Assembly: GCA_964016885.1 (NCBI GenBank)
Contig: OZ024750.1
Coordinates: 36,766,001-36,830,000, forward strand
DNA: 64,000 bases
Direction: 5' to 3'
Source of the DNA: Eledone cirrhosa
Lineage: Eukaryota
Made by a program: the position numbers and the translations under genes. A model generated the notes under the pieces. It searched no databases. It saw only the letters and a program-made list of their open reading frames with translations, and was not told where the DNA came from. This document shows positions 11,051 to 24,220 of the stretch, piece by piece (position 1 is the stretch's first letter; each line of letters opens with the position of its first letter).

Positions 11051-11448
11051 TTTGGAGATATATTTTCAGGCTTCAAATGTCAATTTGTACGCCCATATAC
11101 GGTATACATCTTTATACACACATACACACACGTATGTGTGTGTATGTAAGTATATAATCTATATATGTATGTGACTATGTATGTGTGTATGTATATAAGT
11201 ATATTTATATGTATGTATATAATTATATTTATGTGAGTATGTATGTATGTCTGACTATAGATATAATTATCCCATGCTGTCGATGGACCATACTAGCACT
11301 ATTGAAAGACTGACATGGTAAAGAAAGCTTTCTTTCCCTTTCACCAAAATGTCAACCTAATAACATTCTTTTAATATGTTCTCAGTGGGGGAGCGGTTTG
11401 ATTATTTGTCTTTGTTTTTATTGTTTCTACTGTTTTTCATTGATGATA

Positions 11449-12315
11449 ACATCATCATCATCTTTTAACATCCATCCACTATCTCTGCTGGCAAAGACGG
11501 AATGTGTCTGAAGACCAAGTCAGTACTGAAGTATATCTATTGATCTCTGACGATGGCCAGGTGTGTGGGGGAAGACAACATCTCAGTTACATACTCTACC
11601 AAGTGCATTTTATCTCTGTATCAGCATTAGTGAGGTTGTCATGCCTTTGATACAACTGATGGGGGTCTCCCAATCCTTTGTTTGACAAGCTTTTTATGGC
11701 TGGATGCCTTTCCTATCACCAATGACTTTACAGCATGTATTAGTTGCATTCATTGTATAGATCCCCAAACTAGGTAGATTTTCATTATCTTGACATAACT
11801 GAAGTGTCCTCCCAATCTTTGTTTGGCAAGCTTTTTACAGCTGATGCCCTTCCTTTCACCAACCAATTTACAGAGTGTACTGAGTATGTTTATCAGGTAG
11901 GTTACCAACATTAAATATTAGATGTCAATATCATTTCAGAGCTTAGGAGGCAATTACAGTCTACATTGCGAGAGAGAGTGTGTGTGTGTGTGTCTGAGGG
12001 TAGATAAGGTTTTGTTTATGTATATCAAGAATGAATGCTTAAACAAGATAAACATTGTGTAAAGTGGATGTGTAGGTGTCAAAACAAAAAGCACCCAGTC
12101 CACACTGTAAAGTGGTTATCTGGGAGACATGGCAAAAAGCACCCAGCACATACTAAATGTGGTTGGCATTAGGAAGGGCATCCCACCATAGAAAACCAGC
12201 CAGAAACAGTCCTATATGAGAAAGACACGGTCAACCAACCAAACTTACCTCAAATGGGACAAACCTGTCTAACCCATGCTAGCATGGAAGATAGACGTTA
12301 AATGATGATGATGAT
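11449..12315. mobile_element. Old RTE-tail/SINE remnants
   Basis: Degenerate GCTGGATGCCCTTCC blocks at ~11700 and ~11840 (minus) and 12070-12315 (plus, (GAT)n tail). Confidence 0.65.
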
Positions 12316-12857
12316 ATATATATATGTGTGTGTATATATATATATATATATGTGAAAAGTTAATGGAAACAACAAAGCAAACAATACAATGCCATGAAAA
12401 AATGTATTAGTTTAACACTTGATATAGTAGGAAAAGTGTCTTAGTGTTTAGGACACTAGTCTTTCATCAAAAGATAGAATGAAAAATAAAAGAAGAAATA
12501 GAAAGATAAAGGAAGGGCAAAAAGTATTTTTGTAGAAAATACACATGTGTTCAGTCAACCATATATATATAACCATGTATAAAAGTGCAGTAATAATGAT
12601 GAATGTTATCCAACATTGATTTTCAAATGTCCTGTGTGGCCTAAGGTGTGCCTCTCAAATGTTGGTTTAAAGTTACACCAATGAACACATGATGGTAAAG
12701 TCCAGGTTGACTATTGAAACTTTGTTGCAGAGAATCAGTTCCAGTGCCATGTTTGTCAGAAAATCAGATGGCGGATTGAAGCGGCATCTGAACATACATA
12801 TTAAACAAACTCAAAGTGGAAACAAGAACGAAATAAGACATCATTGTATTATTTGTG

Positions 12858-13038
12858 GATGGCGGTATCGGTAGAGGGTTGGACGCCATGCTTTCCAGCA
12901 TAGTTACGTCCCTTTACGATCTGAGTTCAAATCCCGCCGAGGTTGACTTTGCCTTTCATCCTTACGGGGTCGATAAAATAAAGTACCAGTAATGCACTGG
13001 GTAATTGCTGGCCTTGTGCCTAAAGTAGAAACAATTAT
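12858..13038 (+). mobile_element. SINE family A with target-site duplication
   Basis: Full body; ATTATTTGTGGATGG occurs on both flanks (~12848 and ~13034). Confidence 0.9.
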
Positions 13039-13164
13039 TTGTGGATGGGTATTTCAGAGACTTTTGGGATTCAAATGCCATTTGAAATCTCAAGCCAGGT
13101 AGGAATGGACATAAATTGCAAGAAGTGGTCAAGCGTTGTATGAAGCAGGCAGCTTTCTAATTAT

Positions 13165-14473
13165 TGCGGTCACATTGGACAACATAGTGATGGCTATGAT
13201 GGAATCCATGGAGGCTATGGGTTTGGAAATAGAAATGAGGAAGGTTTCTGAATCCTGGAATTCTGTGACACTAATAATCTAACTATCTGTAACACAAACT
13301 TCAAAAAACGAGAAAACCACTTGATCACCTATAGATCAGAGGAACACGCCAGCCAGATAGATTATATCCTTACTAGAAGACGTGACAAAGTGTCTGTTGT
13401 AAACACTAAATCCTTCCCCCATGAAGAATGCACCTCCCAACATAGCCTAGTAGTTAGTGACCTCATAGTCAGGACTAGATGTACTCGACGACAGAGGAGG
13501 ACTACCTTGAGGAGAAGAATATGGAAATTGAAGGACCCCATAGCCAATGACAAATTTCAAAGCTTATTACTTGATGCCTTTGACAATAAGGAAGAGCAAT
13601 TAGAGACGCACAATATAGTTGCTGAGATGTTGAAGTCATCTGGAATGGTGGGACATACTATGGTCACCCGTATAGTAAAACAAGTAATACATGGGGTCAT
13701 ACCAAAAGACTGGCATAGCAGCATCATCATTAACTGCTACAAGGGTAAAGGGATGCTCTAGATAGGGGAAACTATAGAGGCATTAAGTTAGTTGACCAGG
13801 TCAGGAAAGTCACAGAAAGAGTTATAGCGCAATTAATCAGAGAGCGAATTGATCTAAATGAAATGCAGTTTGGCATGAAAGACGACAGCTGTATAAAAAA
13901 TTGCAAGGTGACCAAAATTGAAGGTAGTTACGGAGTAGGTAGACCCAGAAAAACCTGGGACGATTTGATAAATTCCGACCTTACACACTTGCACCTCTCT
14001 AAGACAATGTCACTGGACCGAGATCTTTGGCGCTACGCAGTAATACAGAAGACCCGCCTTGCCTATATACAAAGCGAAACCTACAGTCAGTAGGCCCCTC
14101 TTAACCAAATATACACCCCAATCCACTACCCCCTACCCTATCCTCCCACTCCCACCAACACCACCTTCTCTCTGTAAAGTTGGTACCACAACATTCAGTC
14201 TAAATAAATGAGATAATGAGATCGAGATCGTGTAGGTGTCATGACAAAAAAACACTGTCCCCGGTGTACTGTTGCCGGTAAAAAGTTCCCAGTCCACACT
14301 GTAAATGTGGTTGGTGTTAGGAAGGGCATCCAGCCGTAGAAAACCTGCCAGACAGTCTTATATGAGCGAGACACGGTCACCCGACCAACCTTGCCTCAAA
14401 TGGGACAACTCCCGTCTAACCCATGCTAACGTGGAAGATGGACGTTAAATGAAGATGATGAGATGATGATGAT
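13165..14473 (+). pseudogene. Internally deleted RTE LINE (EN, RT start, C-terminus, 3' UTR)
   Basis: Closely matches the reverse complement of 3600-4040; AEMLKS..IPKDW..YKGKG, NYRGIKL, MQFG then jumps to GRPRKTW; (GAT)n tail. Confidence 0.9.
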
Positions 14474-15190
14474 CCACTCTGCTTCTTCCACACATACACT
14501 ATGGATCTCTAACATACATACATGCCCACACACTGTGTCTGTAACACAAACGCACACACAATGTGTCTTTAACACCCACACACACACACTCACACACAGC
14601 TGCCTTCAAAGTATTTTGCTATTTTTATGAATGCTAAAATCTCGACTAATTTGGAACAATTTTCTTTGATTTCTTTCAGCCCACCATTTAATGTTTGGTT
14701 TTTCTATTATTTTATTATAAATTACATCCATTGTTACTATTTTCTATATTATTATTTATCTTTATATTTATATTTTGTCAATGTGCACAAATAATTCATT
14801 TGATTATTTCCTTTTAGAACTATATATATATAAATAATTTTTAGACACAATGTCATTTTTCCTCTGGATATGCTAATACAGATATATAAACAGCTAAAAG
14901 TGAAATAAATATTTATCCGAGAAAGAACCATTTACACATGACACACAAGATCAAATGTATTTTTATTTAATGTTGTAAATGTGTTCAGTTGAAAATCCTA
15001 TAACTAATTGTATTTGAATTATTTGCAATGTAATTAGGATCAAAGTATTTAAATTTAAACTGGGTTAACACCCTTTCCTATGGACAAGGGGTCGGGATAG
15101 GTGGAGTAATACAATATCTATATAAAATAGTTTAACAACCTTTGCTGTAGACAAGGGGACAAGATGGGTGGAGTAATAAAATATCTCCCT

Positions 15191-16101
15191 CTATCTAGGG
15201 CGGGTAAAATTCCCGAGATCATGGACGAGTTCTCTCCAGCGGTCTTTGTCCCTCATTATCGCTGCCATGCCCTGCGTCTCCAACAGACCAGTGTCTGTCC
15301 TTAGGGCATCAACATACGTTAACCTTGGTCTTCCTCTTCCAGTGTATTTGGGAGCAAAGATTGGGAATATGGAAGATGATGTGGTTGAGAGGAAGAGCAA
15401 AGCCTGGGCGGCGTGCCACAGCTTGAGATCGGTGTGGAAGTCGGACCTTCGTGAAGACCTGAAGATACGCCTCTTCATTGCTGTAGTGGAGTCTGTGCTG
15501 CTGTACGGGTCTGAGACTTGGACACTGACCAAGAAACTCACCCAGATGGTGGATGGGTGCTAGACGAGAATGCTGAGGATGGCTCTGAACATTAATCAGT
15601 ATACACTGAGGATGAAAAACTCAGAGCTGTATGGGAGCATCCCAAAAGTCAGCTCAAAAGTGACACAGAGGAGACTGAGGTTAGCTGGACATGCTCACCG
15701 ACATCCAGAGTTGACACTGCACTTAGTGCTCCTGTGGGAGCCCCTACATGGACACACTGGAAGAGGGAGGCCGAGGATATGTAGGGGTGTGTGTATATAT
15801 ATAAATACAGCTTGAAAGTAACGCAGAGGAGACTGAGGTTAACTGGACATGCTCACCGACATCCAGAGTTGAAACTGCACTTAGTGCTCCTGTGAGAGCC
15901 CCTACATGGACACACTGGAAGAGGGAGGCCGAGGATATGTAGGGGTGTGTGTATATATATATTTATATATACAGCTTGAAAGTAACGTAGAGGAGACTGA
16001 GGTTAGCTGGACATGCTCACCGACATCCAGAGTTGACATTGCACTCAGTGCTTCTGTGGGAGCCCCTACATGGACACACTGGAAGAGGAAGACCGAGGTT
16101 A
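15191..16101 (+). pseudogene. Second RTE family: RT C-terminus with inverted 3' piece and tandem re-copies
   Basis: SVLLYGSETWTLTKKL..RMLRMAL..RRLRLAGH..GRGRP; 15191-15345 is the true 3' end in minus orientation; the RRLRLAGH-GRP block is present three times. Confidence 0.85.
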
Positions 16102-16260
16102 ATACAATATATATAATGAATAATGGTTCAAAATTATTTGTTTCATCGAATTCGCTATGACTGACATATTTTCCACAAAATTTGATTATTCAAAATAATG
16201 TAACTTTCATGAGTTTTTCAATACTTTCTGTGTACTAAACTTCTTCTAAGAAGTTTAGTT

Positions 16261-16717
16261 ATCATCATCATCACCATCGTCATCACCATCATCATCGTCA
16301 CCACCATCATCAGCATCGTCATCACCACCATTGTCATTACTACCATCAGCATCACCATCGTCATCACCATCACCATCGTCATCACCATCGTCATCACCAC
16401 CATCGTCATCACCACCATCGTCATCACCACCATCGTCATCACCACCATCGTCATCACCACCATCGTCATCACCACCATTGTCATTACTACCATCATCATC
16501 ACCATCGTCACCACCATCAACATCACCATCGTCATTACTACCATCATCATCACCATCAACATCATCACCATCATCATTATCACCATCATCATCACCACCA
16601 TCATCATCCTCATCATCAACATCACCACCGTCGTCACCATCATCAACACCACCACCACCATCATCAACATCACCACCGCCGCCGTCATCATCATCATCAT
16701 CATCGTCATTGCCATCG
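16261..16717. repeat. Compound (CAT/CAC/CGT)n microsatellite
   Basis: Expanded (CAT)n tail of the minus-strand retroelement remnant beginning at 16718. Confidence 0.95.
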
Positions 16718-16981
16718 TTTTAACGTCTGCTTTCCCTGCTAACAAGGGTTGGACATATCTACATAGACTAAGTTAGTACTGAACCAAGGCAACAGTCCAG
16801 GGATCTGTGTCTTCCTTATGCACAGTCTCATGTTCTACTAAGTGCACTGGAGAGGTTGACATATCTTTCACACAACTGAAGGGTCCTCCCAACCCTTTCT
16901 TTGGCAAGCTTTCTATGGCTGGATGCCCTTCCTACCATCAACCACTTTACAGCTTGTATTAGCTGTGTTTATCATGTAGAT

Positions 16982-17641
16982 CAGTGCTTCACAAACTATT
17001 TGATGTGGTGGACTGGCATTTTTTTTTTTCAATGTGCCAAGTACCGCTAATATTTCGTAGTAATATGGATTGGCAGTATCGGTAGAGGGTCGGACGCCAT
17101 GCTTTCCAGCATAGTTATGTCCCTTTACGATCTGAGTTCAAATTCGCCGAGGTTGACTTTGCCTTTCATCCTTACGGGGTCGATAAAATAAAGTACCAGT
17201 AATGAACTGGGTAATTTGCTGGCCTTGTGCCTAAAGTAGAAACAAATATTAATTTATACCGGAAACGATTTATATAATGAATATAATAATTGTTTCCACT
17301 TTTGGCTCAAGGCCATCAATTACCCAGTACATTACTGGTACTTGATTTTATCGACTCCGTAAGGGTGAAAGGCAAAGTTAACCTCGGCGGGATTTGAACT
17401 CAGATCGTTAAGGGACGTAACTATGCTGGAAAGCATGGTGTCCGATGAATATAATAATAGTTGACCATTTTGTTATCTTATATTTATTTTGTAAACAAAT
17501 AATACAATATCAAAACATAAAAAAGTAATAAAAGAATTCCTCAAATGACTCCTTAGCATGGGCTGGACACTGGCCACGTACCAGTAGCTGATGGCTCGCA
17601 TACCGGCACCGGTCCACGGACCACCACTTTGAGTAGCACTG
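16982..17641. mobile_element. Non-autonomous hAT-type DNA transposon with two nested family A SINEs
   Basis: Ends CAGTGCTTCACAAA / TTTGAGTAGCACTG; 8-bp TSD ATGTAGAT / GTGTAGAT; SINEs at 17066-17247 (+) and 17288-17444 (-). Confidence 0.75.
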
Positions 17642-18069
17642 GTGTAGATCACCAAACACTAGTGATGTTGTTATATCCTTGACATGACTGCCAGCCTTTC
17701 TATGGCTAGATGCCCTTCCTACCGTCAACCACTTTACAGCTTGTATTAGCTGTGTTTATCATGTAGATCACCAAACACTAGTGATGTTGTATCCTTGACA
17801 TGACTGCCAGCCTTTCTATGGCTAGATGCCCTTCCTACCATTCCATCAGAAGATAAAAAAGGGGACAATGCCGATGGTCCATTCAGGCTTTAATAACCAA
17901 AGATCTTCAAATTATGAAATATTTTTACTGTAAACAAATTCCTTTGTTTTTTTAGTTGACATTTTTAGGGGTTCTTTTTTTCTTTTCTTTCTCTTTTGTT
18001 TGTTTTGATGCCAAATGATTTTATTTACAAATTAACAATGGACTAAATGATCAATGACAACAGTAATGG

Positions 18070-18076
18070 AAGCAGC

Positions 18077-18132
<56 letters not shown>

Positions 18133-18727
18133 CAGCTTTAAACCTGTTGCAGCAGCAGTAAAACCAGCAACAGCAAAATCAGCAGCAGTAACAGCTGTGA
18201 CAACCAGCAGCAGCAGCAATAACAACAGCAACAGCATAATCAGCAGCAGTAGGAACCAGCAGTAACAGCAGCAGCAGCAGCAGCAATAACAACAGCAACA
18301 GCATAATCAGCAGCAGTAGCAACCAGCAGTAACAGCAGCAGCAAACAGCAGCAGCAGCAATAACAACAGCAACAGCACAATCAGCAGCAGTAGCAACCAG
18401 CAGTAACAGCAGCAGCAACTAGCAGCAGCAGCAATAACAGCAGCAGTAGCAACCAGCAGTAACAGCAGCAGCAGCAATAACAGCAGCAACAGCACAATCA
18501 GTAGCAACCAGCAGCAGCAGCAACCAGCAGGGGTAGCAACCAGCAGCAGCAGCAACAACAGCACATTCAGCAGCAGCAGTAACAGTAGTAACAACCAGCA
18601 GTAACAGCAGCAGCAATAACAACAGCAACAGCACAATCAGCAGTAGTAGCAACCAGCAGTAACAGCAGCAGCAACCAGCAGCAGTAGCAACCACCAGCAG
18701 CAGCAGCAGTAACAGTAGTAACAACCA

Positions 18728-18773
<46 letters not shown>

Positions 18774-18946
18774 TAACAACAACCAGCAGTAACAGCAGCA
18801 GTAACAACCAGCAGTAACAGCAGCAGTAACAACAAACAGCAGCAGCAGCAGCAGTAACAACAATCAGCAGTAACAACAGCAGTAACAGCAGCAGTAACAA
18901 CCAGCAGTAACAGCAGCAGTAACAGCAGCAGTAGCAACAATCAGCA
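18070..18946. repeat. (AGT)n plus degenerate (CAG/CAA/TAA)n array
   Basis: Low-complexity triplet array with internal re-duplications; poly-L/C/A ORFs are artefacts. Confidence 0.95.
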
Positions 18947-19074
18947 GGAACTAATCTGTTGCAGTGAGTATTAAAAAGAAGTGCACTGCACAACAGTGCA
19001 TATTGCACAACAGTGTGCAGTTGAGTGAGAAACTGTTGAAATGGAGAGGTAGAGAGAATGTGTTACTGTGACAG

Positions 19075-20645
19075 AGAGGGGGGGAATAATAGATAGAGAG
19101 AGGGGGGAGTAATAGATAGAGGGATATATTGTGTGAGAGAGAGGGGGGGAGTAATAGATAGAGGGATATATTGTGAGAGAGAGAAGGGGGAGTAATAGAT
19201 AGAGGGATATATTGTGAGAGAGAGAGGGGGGAGTAATAGATAGAGGGATATATTGTGTGAGAGAGAGGGGGGGAGTAATAGATAGAGGGATATATTGTGA
19301 GAGAGAGAAGGGGGAGTAATAGATAGAGGGATATATTGTGAGAGAGAGAGGGGGGAGTAATAGATAGAGGGATATATTGTGAGAGAGAGAGAGGGAGTAA
19401 TAGATAGAGGGATATATTGTGAGAGAGAGGGGGAGTAATAGATAGAGGGATATATTGTGAGAGAGAGAGGGGGAGTAATAGATAGAGGGATATATTGTGA
19501 GAGAGAGAGAGGGGGGAGTAATAGATAGAGGGATATATTATGAGAGAGAGAGAGGGAGTAATAGATAGAGGGATATATTGTGTGAGAGAGAGGGGGAGTA
19601 ATAGATAGGGGGATATATTGTGAGAGAGAGAGGGGGAGTAATAGATAGAGGGATATATTGTGTGAGAGAGGGGGGAGTAATAGATAGAGGGATATATTGT
19701 GTGAGAGAGAGGGGGAGTAATAGATAGAGGGATATATTGTGTGAGAGAGAGGGAGTAATAGATAGAGGGATATATTGTGAGAGAGAGAGGGGGAGTAATA
19801 GATAGAGGGATATATTGTGTGAGAGAGAGGGGGTAGTAATAGATAGAGGGATATATTGTGTTAGAGAGAGGGGGGAGTAATAGATAGAGGTATATATTGA
19901 GAGAGAGGGGGGAGTAATAGATAGAGGGATATATTGTGTGAGAGAGAGAGTGGAGTAATAGATAGAGGGATATATTGTGAGTAATAGATATATTGTGAGA
20001 GAGAGAGGGGGAGTAATAGATAGAGGGATATATTGTGAGAGAGAGAGAGGGGGAGTAATAGATAGAGGGATATATTATGAGAGAGAGAGAGGGAGTAATA
20101 GATAGAGGGATATATTGTGAGAGAGAGGGGGGAGTAATAGATAGAGGGATATATTGTGTGAGAGAGAGGGGGGAGTAATAGAGAGAGAGAGAGGGGGAGT
20201 AATAGATAGAGAGAGGGGGGAGTAATAGAGAGAGAGAGAGGGGGAGTAATAGATAGAGAGAGGGGGAGTAATAGATAGAGGGATATATTGTGAGAGAGGG
20301 GGGGAGTAATAGATAGAGGGATATATTGTGTGAGAGAGAGAGGGGGAGTAATAGATAGAGGGATATATTGTGAGAGAGATGGGGAGTAATAGATAGAGGC
20401 ATATATTGTGAGAGAGAGAGGGGGAGTAATAGATAGAGGCATATATTGTGAGAGAGCGAGAGGGGGTAATAGATAGAGGGATATATTGTGAAAGAGAGAG
20501 GGGGAGTAATAGATAGAGGCATATATTGTGAGAGAGAGAGGGGGAGTAATAGATAGAGGCATATATTGTGAGAGAGAGAGGGGGAGTAATAGATAGAGGG
20601 ATATATTGTGTGAGAGTGTGTGAGAGAACGACAGGAGTAATAGAC
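19075..20645. repeat. Purine-rich minisatellite, ~40-45 bp unit
   Basis: GGGGGAGTAATAGATAGAGGGATATATTGT(GA)n, roughly 35-40 copies with variable GA/G spacer. Confidence 0.97.
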
Positions 20646-20989
20646 TGAGATAGAGAGAGAGGGGTAGTGAGAGGGAAGATGCTAGCGAGAGGTAGTGAGA
20701 ATGAAGGGCTTAGAGGGAGGTTTAATTGAGAAGAGTGAAAGTGGGAGAACTCACAGGGTATCTCTCTGGTTATTATATTTTTGTAAGGTGGAAAGATAGA
20801 GGGGGAGAGAGGTAACAGACAGATATATACAGAGAGGTGGGCGGAGGGGGGGAGAAAAGGAGCAAAATATAACATGAAAGAGATAGAGTAAGAGAAAAGG
20901 GTAGCAGGCAGAGAGATATAGAGGTAGATAGGGGAGAGACAGAGTGGGGTAGTAGATAGAGAGAGAGAGAGATAACTTGAGAGAGGGGA

Positions 20990-21870
20990 GGGGGCTGGTG
21001 ACAGGTAGCTATAACATGAGAGAGAGGGAGGGAGGGGTGACAGTCAGATATAGCATGACAGAGAGAGGGAGGGGGTGACAGGCAGATATAACATGACAGA
21101 GAGAGGGGTGACAAGCAAATATAACATGACAGAGAGAGAGAAAGGGCGTGACAGGCAGATATAACATGACAGAGAGAGGGAGGGGTGACAGGCAGATATA
21201 ACATGACAGAGCAAGAGAGAGGGGCGTGACAGACAGATATAACATGACAGAGAGAGAGAAAGGGCGTGACAGGCAGATATAACATGACAGAGAGAGAGGG
21301 GGGGGGGTGACATGCAGATATAACATGACAGAGAGAGAGGGATGGAGTGACAGGCAGATATAACATGACAGAGAGAGAGGGGGGTGACAGGCAAATATAA
21401 CATGACAGAGAGAGAGAGAAAGGGTGTGACAGGCAGATATAACATGACAGAGAGAGAGGGAGGGCATGACAGGCAGATATAACATGAGAGAGAGAGAGAA
21501 AGAGAGGGAGGGTGACAGGCAGATATAACATGACAGAGAGAGAGTGAGAGCATGACAGAGAGCGGGAGGGGGTGACAGGCAGATATAACATGAAAGAGAG
21601 AGAGGGAGGGAGGGGTGACAGGCCGATATAACATGACAGAGAGAGAGAAGGAGGGTGACAGACAGATATAACATGACAGAGAGAGAGGGGGGTGACAGGC
21701 AGATATAACATGACAGAGAGAGGGGGGTGACAGGCAGATATAACATGACAGAGAGAGAGAGGGGCGGTGACAGGCAGATATAACATGACAGAGAGAGAGG
21801 GGCGGTGACAGGCAGATATAACATGAGAGATAGAGAGACGGGCGGTGACAGGCAGATATAACATGAGAGG
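20990..21870. repeat. Purine-rich minisatellite, ~36-42 bp unit
   Basis: GTGACAGGCAGATATAACATGACA(GA)nG(n), about 22 copies. Confidence 0.97.
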
Positions 21871-22104
21871 GGGTGAAAGAAGTAAAAAAAGAGGGGGAGA
21901 AGGGTAAGAAACAGAGAGGGGAAAGGGTAACTGATAGACAGAGAGAGAGAGAAAAGGATAAGATACAGAAAGAGAAGATGGTGAAAGAAGAGAGAGCTAG
22001 AGAGAGGAAGATATTTATGGATATAATCCAGTCGAGAATTCAATTGAAATAACAGTTATTGATTTTCCATTGACTTTTTCTACTTTCTTCAAACTGCAGG
22101 AAAA

Positions 22105-22612
22105 TGATGAGAGAGATATGGCATGGGTTGTAGTGTTGATATCACTGATATAGCTGAGTTTGATGAGAGAGATATGGCATGGGTTGTAGTGTTGATATCA
22201 CTGATATAGATGAGTTTGATGAGAGAGATATGGCATGGGTTGTAGTGTTGATATCACTGATATAGATGAGTTTGATGAGAGAGATATGGCATGGGTTGTA
22301 GTGTTGATATCACTGATATAGAAGAGTTTGATAAGAGAGATATGGCATGGGTTGTAGTGTTGATATCACTGATATAGAAGAGTTTGATGAGAGAGATATG
22401 GCATGGGTTGTAGTGTTGATATCACTGATATAGAAGAGTTTGATGAGAGAGATATGGCATGGGTTGTAGTGTTGATATCACTGATATAGAAGAGTTTGAT
22501 GAGAGAGATATGGTATGGGTTGTAGTGTTGATATCACTGATATAGAAGAATTTGATGAGAGAGATATGGCATGGGTTGTAGTATTGATATCACTGATATA
22601 GATGAGTTTGAT
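22105..22612. repeat. 56-bp tandem repeat, 9 copies
   Basis: TGATGAGAGAGATATGGCATGGGTTGTAGTGTTGATATCACTGATATAGATGAGTT; units start at 22105, 22161, etc. Confidence 0.97.
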
Positions 22613-22879
22613 TAGGGTGATAGTAATATTTGGGAGGGTGGAGAATAGTAATTGTGGGGATGGTGGTGATGTTGTTAATAGTTGGGGGTGTTAGGGAGAG
22701 GGGGATATAGATTGTAGCTATAGTTGATGATATTGATGTTGGAATGAGAATCTATTCATACCAGATGCACATACACACATGCATATAAATTTTTAATCAC
22801 AGATATTCGTTATTTGTTTGACCCAAATTACTTGATAACCATCGTCTCAGTGTGTTTGGCCTTTAACGTTTGTTATAGC

Positions 22880-23500
22880 TCTGGTTTATCTGAATCATTG
22901 AGCACTTGCCACACATCTCGGAGGTTGTTTTTTCGTTATTTCGTGGGCCGAAATGCGATTCTCGATAATTTATATTTATATATATATATATATACAATAC
23001 ATTAACAGAGAAAGCCTTAAGCTATACTCTGACTGGCTACCATCTCACTCAACAAACATTAGGATATACCTTAGTATAATCCCAATTTTATGTTTGGGGT
23101 GCTAACTATATGTATTTTGTGGAAAGCCAGTTGTATTATTTTATATGAGATATAATTAAAATTAAAATATATCTCTCTTTCCAAACAATTGTTTCATTAT
23201 AAGTTTTCTACAAGTTGGGAGAATGTTTCCGGGTTATGTAGAAGCCTGCATATTTTTCTGTAAGAACATATGCAGGTGGGTACTTATAAATCATCAGTGG
23301 ATGCCCGTCAAACATTGATATAAGAAAAAATCTCTTACCACTGTCAGTTTTCGTGTCAGCAAATTGCCCTTCCACGCATCATAATGACCGCCAAATTTGA
23401 AATTCCAGCAGTCTCAGAATGAGGAATTTCACAGCGTCACGAAGCGGAAAATGTAGGCAATCGCGAAACACAAGAAAGTAAAATAATTTACACGTGGGTC
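22880..23500. promoter_or_regulatory. Candidate promoter / CpG-retaining unique sequence
   Basis: Clustered CpGs at 22915-22965 and 23340-23500 in a CpG-poor background; CGTCAC, GCGGAA, ATCGCGA and CACGTG motifs; no repeat match elsewhere in the window. Confidence 0.35.
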
Positions 23501-23595
23501 AATTAATTTTTTTTTTTTTTTTTTCTTTATATATATAAGGAAAGAAATTGAAAATATCTCGCGAGACAAACCACAAACCCTCCATCTCAATTTTA

Positions 23596-23631
23596 CTTTT
23601 GCAAAGCATAAGAACTGTGAAACTAGTAAAG
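23596..23631 (+). ncRNA. Degenerate U3-A8 hammerhead (family of 2686-2721)
   Basis: CTT-TTGCAAA-GCA-taagaac-TGT-GAAAC-TA-GTA-AAG; A6>C; stem III is still palindromic (ACTAGT). Confidence 0.6.
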
Positions 23632-23649
23632 GACATAAACAAATATTCT

Positions 23650-24010
23650 TACTGTTGAGGAGCTGCTTCGCCATGCCGAAGCTCCTCTATACCCTTTGCA
23701 ATGCTCCGTGCTACACCCACGCATCTCTCCTCGCTGACCTCGTTCCTTGTATCCGACCGGCAGCAGAGGAGATATGCAACGTCAGGTTTGATGACATTGT
23801 ATGGCAACAGGCCACTTTACTTGTCAGATATGGTGGCCTTCGTCTCCGGTCCCCGATCTCCTTGGCTTTGCCAGAATTTATTTTATCGGTAACCTCATGC
23901 CACATCCTCGTCAGTAGGGTTCTCTAAAACACAACGGAACCCTCTGTGGTCAGGGAACGTGAGGCCGCCTGTGAGTCGTGGGACTGGACTGGCTGAGACT
24001 TAGCCCAGTA
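23650..24010 (+). pseudogene. CRE-like (RLE) non-LTR retrotransposon, post-RT fragment
   Basis: PKLLYTL..WQQATLLVRYGGLRLRS..LALPEFILS resembles the W.QA.LP...GGLG.R....A.PAF.AS motif. Confidence 0.7.
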
Positions 24011-24128
24011 GAGGTCCCTTGAGAGTAAGGGTGATATGGGTCGAATTGGGAAGGAGGTGTAAGATGTGTGAGGTGTATATTGGATTAAGAGGTGCCTACT
24101 GAGTGTAAGTTTAAAGCTATGCACATAC

Positions 24129-24219
<91 letters not shown>

Positions 24220-24220
<1 letters not shown>

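Noticed and set aside
12430-12478. Minus-strand TTGATGAAAGACTAGTGTCCTAAAC
   Set aside because: Too decayed to assign hammerhead stems
19075-21870. CRISPR-like repeat-spacer appearance
   Set aside because: Spacers are GA/G runs rather than unique sequence; eukaryotic context; no cas genes
18951-22043. Long minus-strand ORFs (up to 523 aa)
   Set aside because: Open only because the minisatellite units lack stops in those frames; no domain and frequent unit-length frameshifts
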